From: a virus
Lineage: Duplodnaviria > Caudoviricetes
Reading direction: 5' to 3' (one strand)
IMG/VR virus record: IMGVR_UViG_3300036861_000596
Span: 1-51,604 of that record
DNA length: 51,604 bases
Shown here: positions 26,786 through 35,470 of the stretch, one piece after another
How the letters are laid out: every line of letters begins with the position of its first letter
Numbering within the stretch: the stretch's first letter is position 1
The notes under the pieces: model-generated
What the model was told of the DNA's origin: nothing
What the model saw: only the letters and a program-made list of their open reading frames with translations
The model's database searches: none
Program-made: the position numbers and the translations under genes

Positions 26786-26956
26786 ATGAGCCAAGTCTGG
26801 CGTAGGCGGCGAGCCCCGCCGGTCGAGACGGTGGCGTGCCCGGAGTGTGACGAGCCGGCGTTTCATGTGTACGGGGCGATGTGGCAGTGCAGCCAGTGTC
26901 GAGTGAGTTTCATCCACGAGGCCAAGGAGGCGCGTAGTGTTCAACGTCAGAAGTAA
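26786..26956 (+). CDS. Small zinc-ribbon protein
   Basis: CPEC...WQCSQC. Confidence 0.5.
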   Translation: MSQVWRRRRAPPVETVACPECDEPAFHVYGAMWQCSQCRVSFIHEAKEARSVQRQK

Positions 26957-27149
26957 GCATCCCGACCAGCTCTTCAAGAAGCTCGACGGGATCAAATCCC
27001 TACTCACTCGTCTCGCGGAAGAGGCGAGCGAGCACGTCGAGCATCACAGCCAGAAGGTTGACGCGCTATCCGCGGCGGTGGTGCAGGCACAGGCCCATAA
27101 AGAGCAGTCGTGGCGGGTGCGGGACGACATTCTCAAACTTCTCGGATGA
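26937..27149 (+). CDS. Small coiled-coil protein
   Basis: 70 aa, RBS present. Confidence 0.55.
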   Translation: MFNVRSKHPDQLFKKLDGIKSLLTRLAEEASEHVEHHSQKVDALSAAVVQAQAHKEQSWRVRDDILKLLG

Positions 27150-27165
27150 AAGCGAGGCGAGGTAA

Positions 27166-27726
27166 GTGAGCGATTTCGACAAGCTCTACGAAGACGTGAT
27201 GAACGCGATCCCGCCCGACACCTTCTCGAAGGAGGCGACGGCGGTGCCGAAGCGCGTGCCGACCGGCACGTACAAGCTCACCATCGCGGAGAAGACCCTG
27301 GAGGTGGGGGAGGAGACGTTCAAGAACGGCAACCCCAACCCGAACGCCGGGCGCGTCATGGTCCGGTGCAAGGCGACGCTGGAGAAGGATGGGGTGAAGG
27401 CGGGGACGGCGTTCCCCGATCTGAGCCCGGTCGAGAAGCGTACCGAGAAGGGACGGCTCGACGCGCCCAGCCAATTGTGGGGCCACGCGATCAAGACCCT
27501 CGATCTGGTCGGCTCGCCCAACCAGGCCGTGTTCGACGCGCTCGGGATGTATCCGTTCAAGTCGCGGGTCGAGCTGACGGTCAAGTCCCCGGACGGGAAG
27601 TTCACGAACTCCCCCCCGGGCAAGACCCAGGACGAGTGGGAGGCCGAGCTGACGAGCGCGGGGTATGACCCGGCGGCGTACGCCTTCTTCAACCAGGTCC
27701 GCAGCTTGGGTAGGTGGGACGGCTAG
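27166..27726 (+). CDS. Putative ssDNA-binding protein (DUF669-like)
   Basis: VPTGTYKLTI N-terminal motif and C-terminal NQV; context with Sak4. Confidence 0.55.
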   Translation: MSDFDKLYEDVMNAIPPDTFSKEATAVPKRVPTGTYKLTIAEKTLEVGEETFKNGNPNPNAGRVMVRCKATLEKDGVKAGTAFPDLSPVEKRTEKGRLDAPSQLWGHAIKTLDLVGSPNQAVFDALGMYPFKSRVELTVKSPDGKFTNSPPGKTQDEWEAELTSAGYDPAAYAFFNQVRSLGRWDG

Positions 27727-27728
27727 GC

Positions 27729-27995
27729 GTGGCCAAGCCGGGGGGATACAAGCCAAGCCCGGCCGAACAGGAGACCATCATCCGGTGGGATGAGGAGGAG
27801 CAGCGGGTTCACATTTTCTCGTCAAGCCGGAAGACCATGCGGTATGCCGAGGGGGAGCTGGGCCTCCACCCCCTCCGCCGGAGCGAGTGGTCGCGGGTCT
27901 ACCCGGGGGTCCCCCTGGCTGAGTTCCGATGGGGTCTATTTCGCCCGTCTAGGATGCAAAAGGCCCCTCGGCGGTCTGTAAAATCAACAACTTAG
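27729..27995 (+). CDS. Hypothetical protein
   Basis: EQETIIRWD motif. Confidence 0.55.
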   Translation: MAKPGGYKPSPAEQETIIRWDEEEQRVHIFSSSRKTMRYAEGELGLHPLRRSEWSRVYPGVPLAEFRWGLFRPSRMQKAPRRSVKSTT

Positions 27996-28063
27996 AAACG
28001 CGGCGGGACAGCCGATGGAGAAGGGCTATGGACCATAGCCTGCCCGCGCAGGGGGGAGGAATA

Positions 28064-28306
28064 GTGGCGAAGTTCGTGGTTCCGGCATCAGGCGACGTGG
28101 ATGTGGTGGAGTTCATCTTGGGGTACGGCGAACCGTTGGCGGTGCGTGATATCCGAGCCGACCTTAACGTGTTCGCGGCTCAGGTCCAGGTAGAGTGCCT
28201 CGACGACGACGATGATGCCGAGAACGGCGTCCTCGTCTACATCCCGGGGATCACCCTTGGCGAGTTGAGGGGCGAGCCCGAGATCGAGAGGGATAGAGAG
28301 GCCTAG
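28064..28306 (+). CDS. Acidic hypothetical protein
   Basis: GGAGG RBS and GTG start. Confidence 0.55.
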   Translation: MAKFVVPASGDVDVVEFILGYGEPLAVRDIRADLNVFAAQVQVECLDDDDDAENGVLVYIPGITLGELRGEPEIERDREA

Positions 28307-28488
28307 TCCACCAGGTGGTGGGGAACGGCAAGCGATGGTAGCCGGCTCGGCCGAGCTAGAGTGAGCCGTTTCTCTTATACGCCTAAGGCGGGGTTACCGC
28401 TGAGCGCTCAGCCGCCTAGGTGATTTTCTAACCGAGTACGGCCGGGTCTACCAAGGCCCGGCCGTTCCATCTCTAGAGGGGCACGGCG

Positions 28489-28662
28489 ATGGATCTGTGG
28501 TGTGAGCTGTGGGGCAAGGCGGATGGGTTGGGCGAGCTGTGGTATCGCCTGTACTCCCTGCGGGCACCGTGGAGCGAGGTGTCGGCCTACGCGGCGTTCT
28601 GCCAGGGCGGGCTCGTGGATTGGTGGTGGGCGAGGTGGGCCCTCGTCCATATGTGGTCGTAG
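28489..28662 (+). CDS. Trp-rich microprotein A (57 aa)
   Basis: AGAGGGG RBS; 9 Trp; paralogue at 38905-39069. Confidence 0.6.
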   Translation: MDLWCELWGKADGLGELWYRLYSLRAPWSEVSAYAAFCQGGLVDWWWARWALVHMWS

Positions 28663-28665
28663 GCG

Positions 28666-28989
28666 ATGCAAACCAAGACGGTTGAGACTTTCTGGGCCCG
28701 TATCAACATGAGCGGCCCGATTGATATAGCCAAGCAGACCATCCGAGTAGCCTGCTTACAGAAGGGGCTTTGCGTCACGGTACAACCCACTACGTTCATT
28801 TACACAGGCGGTGAAGAAGTTGGGTTTACCGTTGGTCTGCTTAACTATTCGCGGTTCCCAACGACTTCAGAAGAACTGACGGCGCGCGCACTGGATCTGA
28901 TGCAGCGTCTCCTTGAAGCGACGTGTCAACACTCGGGGCTCCTTATGACACCCGAGGAAACGATCTGGATTAGTAAGCGGAGTGAATAG
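28666..28989 (+). CDS. Conserved hypothetical phage protein
   Basis: GLCVTV.PT.FIYTGGEE.G...NY.RFP pattern. Confidence 0.7.
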   Translation: MQTKTVETFWARINMSGPIDIAKQTIRVACLQKGLCVTVQPTTFIYTGGEEVGFTVGLLNYSRFPTTSEELTARALDLMQRLLEATCQHSGLLMTPEETIWISKRSE

Positions 28990-29722
28990 GAAATTGCGAT
29001 GGGTAGCGTGGTTCTCCTGTGGAGCAGCAAGCGCGGTCGCCTCTAAGTTGACGGTCGAGCGACATGGTGCGGCCTGTGAAGTGGTCTACTGTGACACGCT
29101 AGCGACCGAGCACCCTGACAATGCCCGGTTTTTCTGCGCGGTTGAGGAGTGGATTGGTCAGCCTATCCGCGTGATCCGCTCATCCACGTATGACACGGTG
29201 GATGCAGTATTCGAGAAGACACATTACATGGCGGGGGTGTGGGGGGCTCGTTGCACGACTGAGATGAAAAAGCTGCCGCGACAACACTTCCAGCAACCTG
29301 GGGATGTTCACATATTTGGCTATACCGCCGAGGAAACAAAGCGGGCCCAGCGATTTGAGACGAACAACCCCGCGCTAGACGTGGAATGGGTGCTCATTGA
29401 GGCGGGAATCACGAAGGCGGAGTGTAAGGAGCGGTTGTCCGCAGCGGGGATTGCACTGCCCGCGATGTATGCGCTCGGCTTCAACAACAATAACTGTCTC
29501 GGTTGTGTTAAGGCCACGTCGCCTGGTTATTGGAATCGAGTTCGACGGCTCTTCCCGGAGGTGTTTGAGCGACGGGCCTGGCAATCCCGAAGCTTAGGTG
29601 TTCGACTTACGCGAGTACGTGGGAAGAGGATCTTCTTGGACGAGTTAGAACTCGAAGCTGATGCACCTGATGACACGGAAATTGATTGTGGGCCGGTGTG
29701 CCAGACCGTTGAGGCGACATGA
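28982..29722 (+). CDS. PAPS-reductase-like / adenine nucleotide alpha-hydrolase protein
   Basis: WFSCGAASA degenerate PP-loop, EHPDN, NNNCLGCVK. Confidence 0.75.
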   Translation: MNRKLRWVAWFSCGAASAVASKLTVERHGAACEVVYCDTLATEHPDNARFFCAVEEWIGQPIRVIRSSTYDTVDAVFEKTHYMAGVWGARCTTEMKKLPRQHFQQPGDVHIFGYTAEETKRAQRFETNNPALDVEWVLIEAGITKAECKERLSAAGIALPAMYALGFNNNNCLGCVKATSPGYWNRVRRLFPEVFERRAWQSRSLGVRLTRVRGKRIFLDELELEADAPDDTEIDCGPVCQTVEAT

Positions 29723-30162
29723 TCGTTAAGCCCGTCACATGTCAGGGCTGCCCCATGTTCCAGGACGGGCGCGGGTTCGTGCCTGACGAGATCGTGGACG
29801 GGGCGACCACCTTCGTGCTCGGGCAAAACCCGGGCGCGGACGAGGAGCGAGAGGGCCGCCCCTTCGTCGGCAAGTCGGGGGCGCTCATGGAGAAGGTGTA
29901 CTTCCCCATCGCGGGGCTCGTTCGGGGCGAATCGGTGTCGATCGGGAACGTGCTGCGGTGCCGGCTCATCGTCAACGGCAGGCGCTCCAACACGATGCCG
30001 GCGGGGGCCACGCTCAAGGCGGCCGTCGCCCACTGCACGGCGGCGTACCTGCGGATACCGGCGAGTACGAGGCTCGTCGTGGCGCAGGGGGCGTATGCCG
30101 TCAAGCTGATGGGTGGCGAGGATAAGAAGGTGAGCGAGTGGAGAGGGTTCTTGTTGCCATGA
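29719..30162 (+). CDS. Family-4 uracil-DNA glycosylase-like domain, N-terminal part
   Basis: CQGCP, GQNPG..E...GRPFVGKSG, NVLRCR, VVAQGAYA, WRG; lacks the terminal H-motif. Confidence 0.85.
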   Translation: MIVKPVTCQGCPMFQDGRGFVPDEIVDGATTFVLGQNPGADEEREGRPFVGKSGALMEKVYFPIAGLVRGESVSIGNVLRCRLIVNGRRSNTMPAGATLKAAVAHCTAAYLRIPASTRLVVAQGAYAVKLMGGEDKKVSEWRGFLLP

Positions 30163-30314
30163 GCTACGTCGTCTATCTCCACATCGTAATCGGGCTCGGC
30201 GTGGCGGCGGCCCGATTCCCTAACGTTGCGACAGCACCCTTCTGGGATATCCTCCTCACCGTTGCGATCTGGCCTGTGCTGATCGGCGGGTGGTTGTGGC
30301 GCACCCTACACTAG
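30159..30314 (+). CDS. 51-aa two-helix membrane protein (not in ORF track)
   Basis: MSYVVYLHIVIGLGVAAA...ILLTVAIWPVLIGGWLW; ATGA overlap. Confidence 0.6.
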   Translation: MSYVVYLHIVIGLGVAAARFPNVATAPFWDILLTVAIWPVLIGGWLWRTLH

Positions 30315-32236
30315 CCGTCCTCCACACCGCCGAGCTGCTGCGGGACCCGAAGATGGCGGTCCCGACCGCCAGTGACTGGGCGAAGGTGGGGCGGTTCTTA
30401 CGTGGGGAGTGGCCCCGCCGTGTCCCGCCGTCCCTCGTCAACCCAACCAAGCGCGAGCTAGAGGAGTGGTGCCGCTTTGCCGAACAAGCGCCGTTCGTCG
30501 TCATCGACACGGAGTACAACCCCGAGACGCTCTACCTCACGCTCGTTGGGCTCGGCTACCCCGGGGGGCCCGTCGTCCAGCTTGAGTGGCCGCACGTCTG
30601 GGACGGTCGAAAGGCAGTCTACGCCGCTCGACTCCGTGCATTGGTGGGGCATGTGCCCGTCGTGTTCCAGAATGCTTTCGCTGACATTCCGGTGCTCGCC
30701 GGGAACATGGCTATCGCCTATGGAGATTACGGTCGGGTAGACGACCTCATGCTCGCCCATGCGGTCTTGTGGAGCGAGCTGCCGCACGACCTGGGGTTCT
30801 TGGCGAGCCTGTACGGCGAGCACCCGAAGATGAAGCATCTAGCCCATATCGACCCGCTCCGGTACAACCTCGGCGACGTGGTCGATACGGTGAGTGCGTG
30901 GGAGGCGGTCTCGCGGGAGTTGGCGGCGGACCCCCTCAGCAAGCGTGTCTACGAGACCCAGTCCCTCCCCCTCATCCCGAGTCTGATGGAGAGTAAGCGA
31001 CATGGAATACGTATTGACCCTGCACAAGTGGAGCCCGCTTCTCGGCGCTTACGTGCCCGGATGGACAAAGCTCTTTTCACTGGCCACGCCTACACTGGCT
31101 ATCCAGTCAACCTTGGCAGCGACGATCAAGTCGCTTTCTGGCTCTACACCGTCGAAGGGCTCCCCGTCCAGCGCCACAAGGAAACGAAGCGGCCGACGAT
31201 CAACCGGGACGCCCTCACCGAACTCGCCCAAGCGCTCGGCGAGGACCACCCGCTCATCGACGCGCGCCTAGACTATGCCGACGCCCAGCAAGACTACACC
31301 AACTTTGTGGTTAAGGCCCTGCGTGATCCTGGAGGGCCCCTGGATGCAAGTAACGTACTGGACCGCTGGTACCCCAACGTTGCCATTCACGCCCAAGCAA
31401 GCGGACGCCACTCGACGACGGACCCGCCGCTCAGCTCACTACCGGGTGATCTTGAGTCTCTCCTAGTACCCGACGAGGGCGAGGCGTGGATCGACTACGA
31501 CTGGTCCAATATCGAGCCGCTCTTGCTCGCAGCCCTGACGGGAGACACCGCCGAGTATGAAGCGATCATGGCGGGGCACGATCTGCACACTCGTAATACG
31601 TGCGATGCGTTCGGCTTGGCGTATCCCCCGGTGCTGTCTAAGCCCGTGGAGGGGCGCCCCGAGAACCTGGTGTGGATGGAGCACGTGGGGTGGCAGGGGG
31701 AGCATGACTCCCGTCGCCGCTGGACCAAGGCGCTCGCCCTCGCCCTCAACTATGGCAAGAAGCCTGAGAATGCCCACCGTATCCCACGGACGGCCGAGGT
31801 GGGCCTGACCCGACAGACCGCCTACCAGGCGGCCCTGCGGTACATGAGCAAGCGAGGGAAGTGGAGTGCCTGGCGACAGCAAGTCCAGGCCGACATATCA
31901 AGCACCCGTCATCCTGAGTCTCGCACCTTCCTGGGGCGTCGGCGGCGTCTCCTCGGTGGTAGTGAGGTGGCATTCCGAGAGGCGCTTAATCATCCATGCC
32001 AAGGCGGGGTTTCAGACATTTTCAATACCACCCTCCTGGAGATTAAGCGACGCCTGCCTGGGGCTCGATATGTGCGGGGTCAGCATGACCGACAGGTGTG
32101 GGCCGTGCCGATAGGCGAGGCCGACGAGGCCCAGCAGGTGATCCGAGAGGTGGCGGAGCAGCCGTGGCAGATCAACGGGCGAGAGGTGCGGTTCCCGGTC
32201 ACGTTCAAGGCGATACGGAGGGGGGTAGGGGGATGA
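30290..32236 (+). CDS. polA: DNA polymerase family A with 3'-5' exonuclease domain
   Basis: ExoI VIDTEY, ExoII QNAFAD, ExoIII YNLGD; motif A DWSNIE, motif B RWTKALALALNYG, motif C QHD. Confidence 0.92.
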   Translation: MVVAHPTLAVLHTAELLRDPKMAVPTASDWAKVGRFLRGEWPRRVPPSLVNPTKRELEEWCRFAEQAPFVVIDTEYNPETLYLTLVGLGYPGGPVVQLEWPHVWDGRKAVYAARLRALVGHVPVVFQNAFADIPVLAGNMAIAYGDYGRVDDLMLAHAVLWSELPHDLGFLASLYGEHPKMKHLAHIDPLRYNLGDVVDTVSAWEAVSRELAADPLSKRVYETQSLPLIPSLMESKRHGIRIDPAQVEPASRRLRARMDKALFTGHAYTGYPVNLGSDDQVAFWLYTVEGLPVQRHKETKRPTINRDALTELAQALGEDHPLIDARLDYADAQQDYTNFVVKALRDPGGPLDASNVLDRWYPNVAIHAQASGRHSTTDPPLSSLPGDLESLLVPDEGEAWIDYDWSNIEPLLLAALTGDTAEYEAIMAGHDLHTRNTCDAFGLAYPPVLSKPVEGRPENLVWMEHVGWQGEHDSRRRWTKALALALNYGKKPENAHRIPRTAEVGLTRQTAYQAALRYMSKRGKWSAWRQQVQADISSTRHPESRTFLGRRRRLLGGSEVAFREALNHPCQGGVSDIFNTTLLEIKRRLPGARYVRGQHDRQVWAVPIGEADEAQQVIREVAEQPWQINGREVRFPVTFKAIRRGVGG

Positions 32237-32929
32237 GTGAGCGACGCGAGCAAGGTGCTGCTGCTCGATATCGAGGCTAGCAGCCTAGAGGCCGACTTCG
32301 GGCATTGCTATTGTTTCGGATACAAGTGGCTGGGCGAGAAGCGCCCGCGCATCCTCAGCATGACCGACTATGCCAAGCCCTGCACCACCTGCAAGCGGGT
32401 CGATACGATGAGCGATAAGCGGCTCATGCAGACGGTGTACCCGCTGATGAGTCAGGCGGATGTGTGGGTGGGGTGGTACTCGAAGGGGTATGACATTCGC
32501 TTCCTCAACACCCGCATGCTCGATGCGGGGTTGCCGCCCCTCCCGCCCGTCGCCCATGTCGATTTGTACTGGACGGCCCGGTGGCAGCTCAAGTTGTCGA
32601 GCAACCGGCTCGCCAGCGTCCAAGACTTTCTCCAGTTGAAGGCGAGCAAGACCCCGCTCAACAAGCGGGTGTGGCGACAGGCGCAGGCGGGGCATGGGCC
32701 CTCGCTCCGCTATATCGAGGAGCACTGCCTGGCGGATGTAGAAGTGCTGGAGCAGGCGTACGAGAAGCTCCGGCCGCTCGTGCGGTCCCACCCCCATGTC
32801 CGAGGACAGGGACCATGTCGGGTGTGCGGGAGCGAGAAGCTCCAGCGACGGGGGCTCGCCGTGGGGACGTGGGTCAAACCAAGGTATCGCTACCAGTGTC
32901 AGGAGTGTGGTGCATGGCAGACGAGGTGA
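32237..32929 (+). CDS. RNase H-like (YprB/RNase_H_2) exonuclease with C-terminal Zn ribbon
   Basis: LDIEA, YSKGYD, HVDL, HCLADV; CRVC...CQEC. Confidence 0.85.
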   Translation: MSDASKVLLLDIEASSLEADFGHCYCFGYKWLGEKRPRILSMTDYAKPCTTCKRVDTMSDKRLMQTVYPLMSQADVWVGWYSKGYDIRFLNTRMLDAGLPPLPPVAHVDLYWTARWQLKLSSNRLASVQDFLQLKASKTPLNKRVWRQAQAGHGPSLRYIEEHCLADVEVLEQAYEKLRPLVRSHPHVRGQGPCRVCGSEKLQRRGLAVGTWVKPRYRYQCQECGAWQTR

Positions 32930-33198
32930 CAGACGAGGTGATCCTACCTGACGGAGCGGTGGTCGAGCAGACCGCCCGCTACCGGCGTATCACCATCAAC
33001 GCCCCCGAACGGGTCTACGACCAGTTTCTCCAGCTCCAGGAGATGGCGAAGGGGCTGGTCCCGGACAGCGTGGGGGAGTTCGTGTTGGGGCTGGCGGTGG
33101 CGGGGGCGCGGGGGTTCTACGCCCAGCTCCAGCTCCAACGGCGAGAGGAGCAGCGGGTTCAGCTCGCCGGCCGCATCGTCGAGGTGGGGCGTGACTGA
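32914..33198 (+). CDS. Hypothetical protein
   Basis: MADEVTDEV start with AGGAG RBS. Confidence 0.55.
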   Translation: MADEVTDEVILPDGAVVEQTARYRRITINAPERVYDQFLQLQEMAKGLVPDSVGEFVLGLAVAGARGFYAQLQLQRREEQRVQLAGRIVEVGRD

Positions 33199-33508
33199 CA
33201 AGGTCAACACGCTCGACCGCGCCCTCGCCAAGCTCTTCCTCACCCACGCCCGCATCGCCAAGGCGGTCCGGGTGGCGAGCTGGGAGCTGGAGGAGGCGGT
33301 GCGGGAGAGCGTCCTCTTCGAGGAGCGGATGTATAAGATCATTAAGATCATGGACCTGTGGGTAGAGGTGCGGAATGGGCAAATCTCCAACGGCGAAACG
33401 GCTGACGATCTGGATCGACAAGGCGTGGGCGATGCACCCCCTTATCAACGCTTTGGAGGAGAAGGGCCACCGCGTGCTGCCGATCCCGACGACGGATCTC
33501 GCCCCTGA
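33191..33508 (+). CDS. Hypothetical protein
   Basis: Coupled start; 3' part overlaps the next ORF. Confidence 0.45.
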   Translation: MTDKVNTLDRALAKLFLTHARIAKAVRVASWELEEAVRESVLFEERMYKIIKIMDLWVEVRNGQISNGETADDLDRQGVGDAPPYQRFGGEGPPRAADPDDGSRP

Positions 33509-33617
33509 TTTGGTGTTGAGCGAGGTGGCGCACTATTGGACGACGGCGATGTTCGAGACGAAGTATCTGGACGTGGCGCTCAAACGAGCGCGGGCGAAGA
33601 AGGTGGGGAAGGCATGA
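33375..33617 (+). CDS. Hypothetical protein
   Basis: GAGGTG RBS, 80 aa. Confidence 0.6.
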   Translation: MGKSPTAKRLTIWIDKAWAMHPLINALEEKGHRVLPIPTTDLAPDLVLSEVAHYWTTAMFETKYLDVALKRARAKKVGKA

Positions 33618-33826
33618 GTAGGGCGAGTGAATTTCTGGCGAAGGTAAGCGAGAGGCCGCGGGTGGAGATCCCGGGTGCAGACGACGACTACAGTACATGG
33701 GCAACGATAACGCTCCGGGATAATGGAGACGTCGAGATATACAATGGGATCCTAAGCAAGCCGACTATCCTCCGTGCCGCCATCATCCCGACCCTACTCG
33801 CATGGCTTAGGGAGACCTTTGAGTGA
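33614..33826 (+). CDS. Hypothetical protein
   Basis: ATGA-coupled. Confidence 0.55.
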   Translation: MSRASEFLAKVSERPRVEIPGADDDYSTWATITLRDNGDVEIYNGILSKPTILRAAIIPTLLAWLRETFE

Positions 33827-34242
33827 AACCCGCCCTGAAGCGGCGCCCCGTCGCCGTCCGCTTCCTTGAAATTCCCCTCACCATCTACCGTCTCCACGTC
33901 GTCGTGACGTGGGAGACGACGCTCCAGGAGATTGTCAAATATGCTCGACGTGGACACGTCGAGTTGTCGGCCGGCTGGCGTGCGGACTTCACGCGGATCG
34001 CGGCGAACTCGGCCTGCCAAGGCGTCTGTATGACCCTTGGCGACGGCAACTGCGACCTCCTCGTGTGGCTGCGGCACCGGCCACGCCGCGCCATCCACTA
34101 CGGCACGCTGTACCACGAACTCTTCCACGTCGTCCAAGAAGTCAGCAAGGCACGCAACCTCGGCGCCGAGATCGAATCCCCGGCGTACGTGTACGAATAC
34201 CTCGCGACCGCCTGCAACCGTGCTCTCTGGAATCGGAGGTGA
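33823..34242 (+). CDS. HExxH zincin-like protein
   Basis: LYHELFH...E.PAY. Confidence 0.6.
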   Translation: MKPALKRRPVAVRFLEIPLTIYRLHVVVTWETTLQEIVKYARRGHVELSAGWRADFTRIAANSACQGVCMTLGDGNCDLLVWLRHRPRRAIHYGTLYHELFHVVQEVSKARNLGAEIESPAYVYEYLATACNRALWNRR

Positions 34243-34246
34243 TCCC

Positions 34247-34606
34247 ATCAAACCAGCCCTCGACCGCACCATCGCCATCTTCAAAGACCTCGCCGAGGCA
34301 CGGGAGCTATTCCCGAAGGCGACCCACATGGGGGTGTTTAATGGGTCCCACCGGCAGGCGTTTCTCTGTACCCGCGTCGAGCGGGTGGAGGGGGACCTGA
34401 CGGCCTACTACGAGGACGATATCGTCGCGGTGTGGCCATCGGACGTGCCGTGGCTGGTCGTCAACCTGAAGGCTGTCGAGTTGCTGAGCAAGCGGGAGAC
34501 GGAGGAGCGCATTCACGCGGATGGGGTCGCGTCGAAGGCGTTCCATGCGGAGTATGAGGAGGGGGGCGAGGAGGCGGTCGAGTTGGTCCAGCGAGGATAC
34601 CTGTGA
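34247..34606 (+). CDS. Hypothetical protein (start uncertain, possibly ATC)
   Basis: Open frame filling the gap; strong SD upstream. Confidence 0.5.
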   Translation: MKPALDRTIAIFKDLAEARELFPKATHMGVFNGSHRQAFLCTRVERVEGDLTAYYEDDIVAVWPSDVPWLVVNLKAVELLSKRETEERIHADGVASKAFHAEYEEGGEEAVELVQRGYL

Positions 34607-34839
34607 AGCTCCCCCGCCGCGTCGTGTTCCCCTTCGGCTACGTCGTGCAGGTTCTCCAGGTCCCCCCGGAGGTGCTGAGTGGGGATAGCGACAGCGAGTG
34701 GAATGCCGACACCCGCACCATCACGATCAACAAGCAGTGTGCGGTTGCCCGGCGGCGGTATCTGTTGCTACACGAGCTGGAGCATGCGCTTAACGATCTG
34801 CACCACTGGGCGATGGATACGGGGGTTGGGAAGAATTGA
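34603..34839 (+). CDS. Small HExxH metallopeptidase-like protein
   Basis: TITIN...LLHELEHAL. Confidence 0.65.
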   Translation: MKLPRRVVFPFGYVVQVLQVPPEVLSGDSDSEWNADTRTITINKQCAVARRRYLLLHELEHALNDLHHWAMDTGVGKN

Positions 34840-35243
34840 GCGACATTCGGGGGATATCCCTTCCAAGTGAATACAACCCCGCTCCGTGTCATACGGGAAT
34901 ATTGATGGGCGAGACGTGTTCTGACCCGATGTGCTGTAAGCCGATGGAATACGACTCCGCTCCAGCAGGGGTGCGACCTTGGGGCGGGATAACAAGCGGG
35001 GTACCCCCAGTCGTCGACGACCCCCGGTGGTCCGCCATCGTGGACGAGGTCGAACACCCGGCCCACTACAACGTGGGGAAGTACGAGGTGCTCGACGTGG
35101 TGCTGGACTGGAAGCTCGACTTCCTGCTGGGCAACGTCGTGAAGTACGTGGCTCGCGCCGCCCACAAGGGGAACGAGCTGGTGGACCTGTGCAAGGCCCG
35201 CGAGTATCTAAACCGGGCGATCAAGGAGCGTACGCAAGCATGA
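34836..35243 (+). CDS. DUF3310 domain protein
   Basis: VEHPAHY...EVLD...GNVVKYVARAAHKG...DLCKAREYL. Confidence 0.85.
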   Translation: MSDIRGISLPSEYNPAPCHTGILMGETCSDPMCCKPMEYDSAPAGVRPWGGITSGVPPVVDDPRWSAIVDEVEHPAHYNVGKYEVLDVVLDWKLDFLLGNVVKYVARAAHKGNELVDLCKAREYLNRAIKERTQA

Positions 35244-35470
35244 CCAAGTATGAGATTGCCGAGGGTGGGATCTGGGAAGAGGCAGGCTGGGAGATACTAG
35301 TGGACTATGTGCTGAGCGAGTATGACGAGCGTTGCCAGCATGTTGTAGGCGGGAAGCTGCGCTTCGTCGCGAAGCTCCTCAACGAAGGTGGGTTCAACTC
35401 GACCGGGTTATGCCTAGAGTGTGCAGTCAAGGCGTTGGATGCGGTGGGTGGCCTATCTCTACCTCGATAG
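35240..35470 (+). CDS. Hypothetical protein
   Basis: NEGGFNSTGLCLEC; AAGGAG RBS. Confidence 0.6.
   Translation: MTKYEIAEGGIWEEAGWEILVDYVLSEYDERCQHVVGGKLRFVAKLLNEGGFNSTGLCLECAVKALDAVGGLSLPR

Noticed and set aside
30160-30300. Self-splicing intron or intein in the polymerase locus
   Set aside because: Too short, no recognisable group I/II or intein motifs, and it encodes a plausible membrane protein; not formally excluded without RT-PCR
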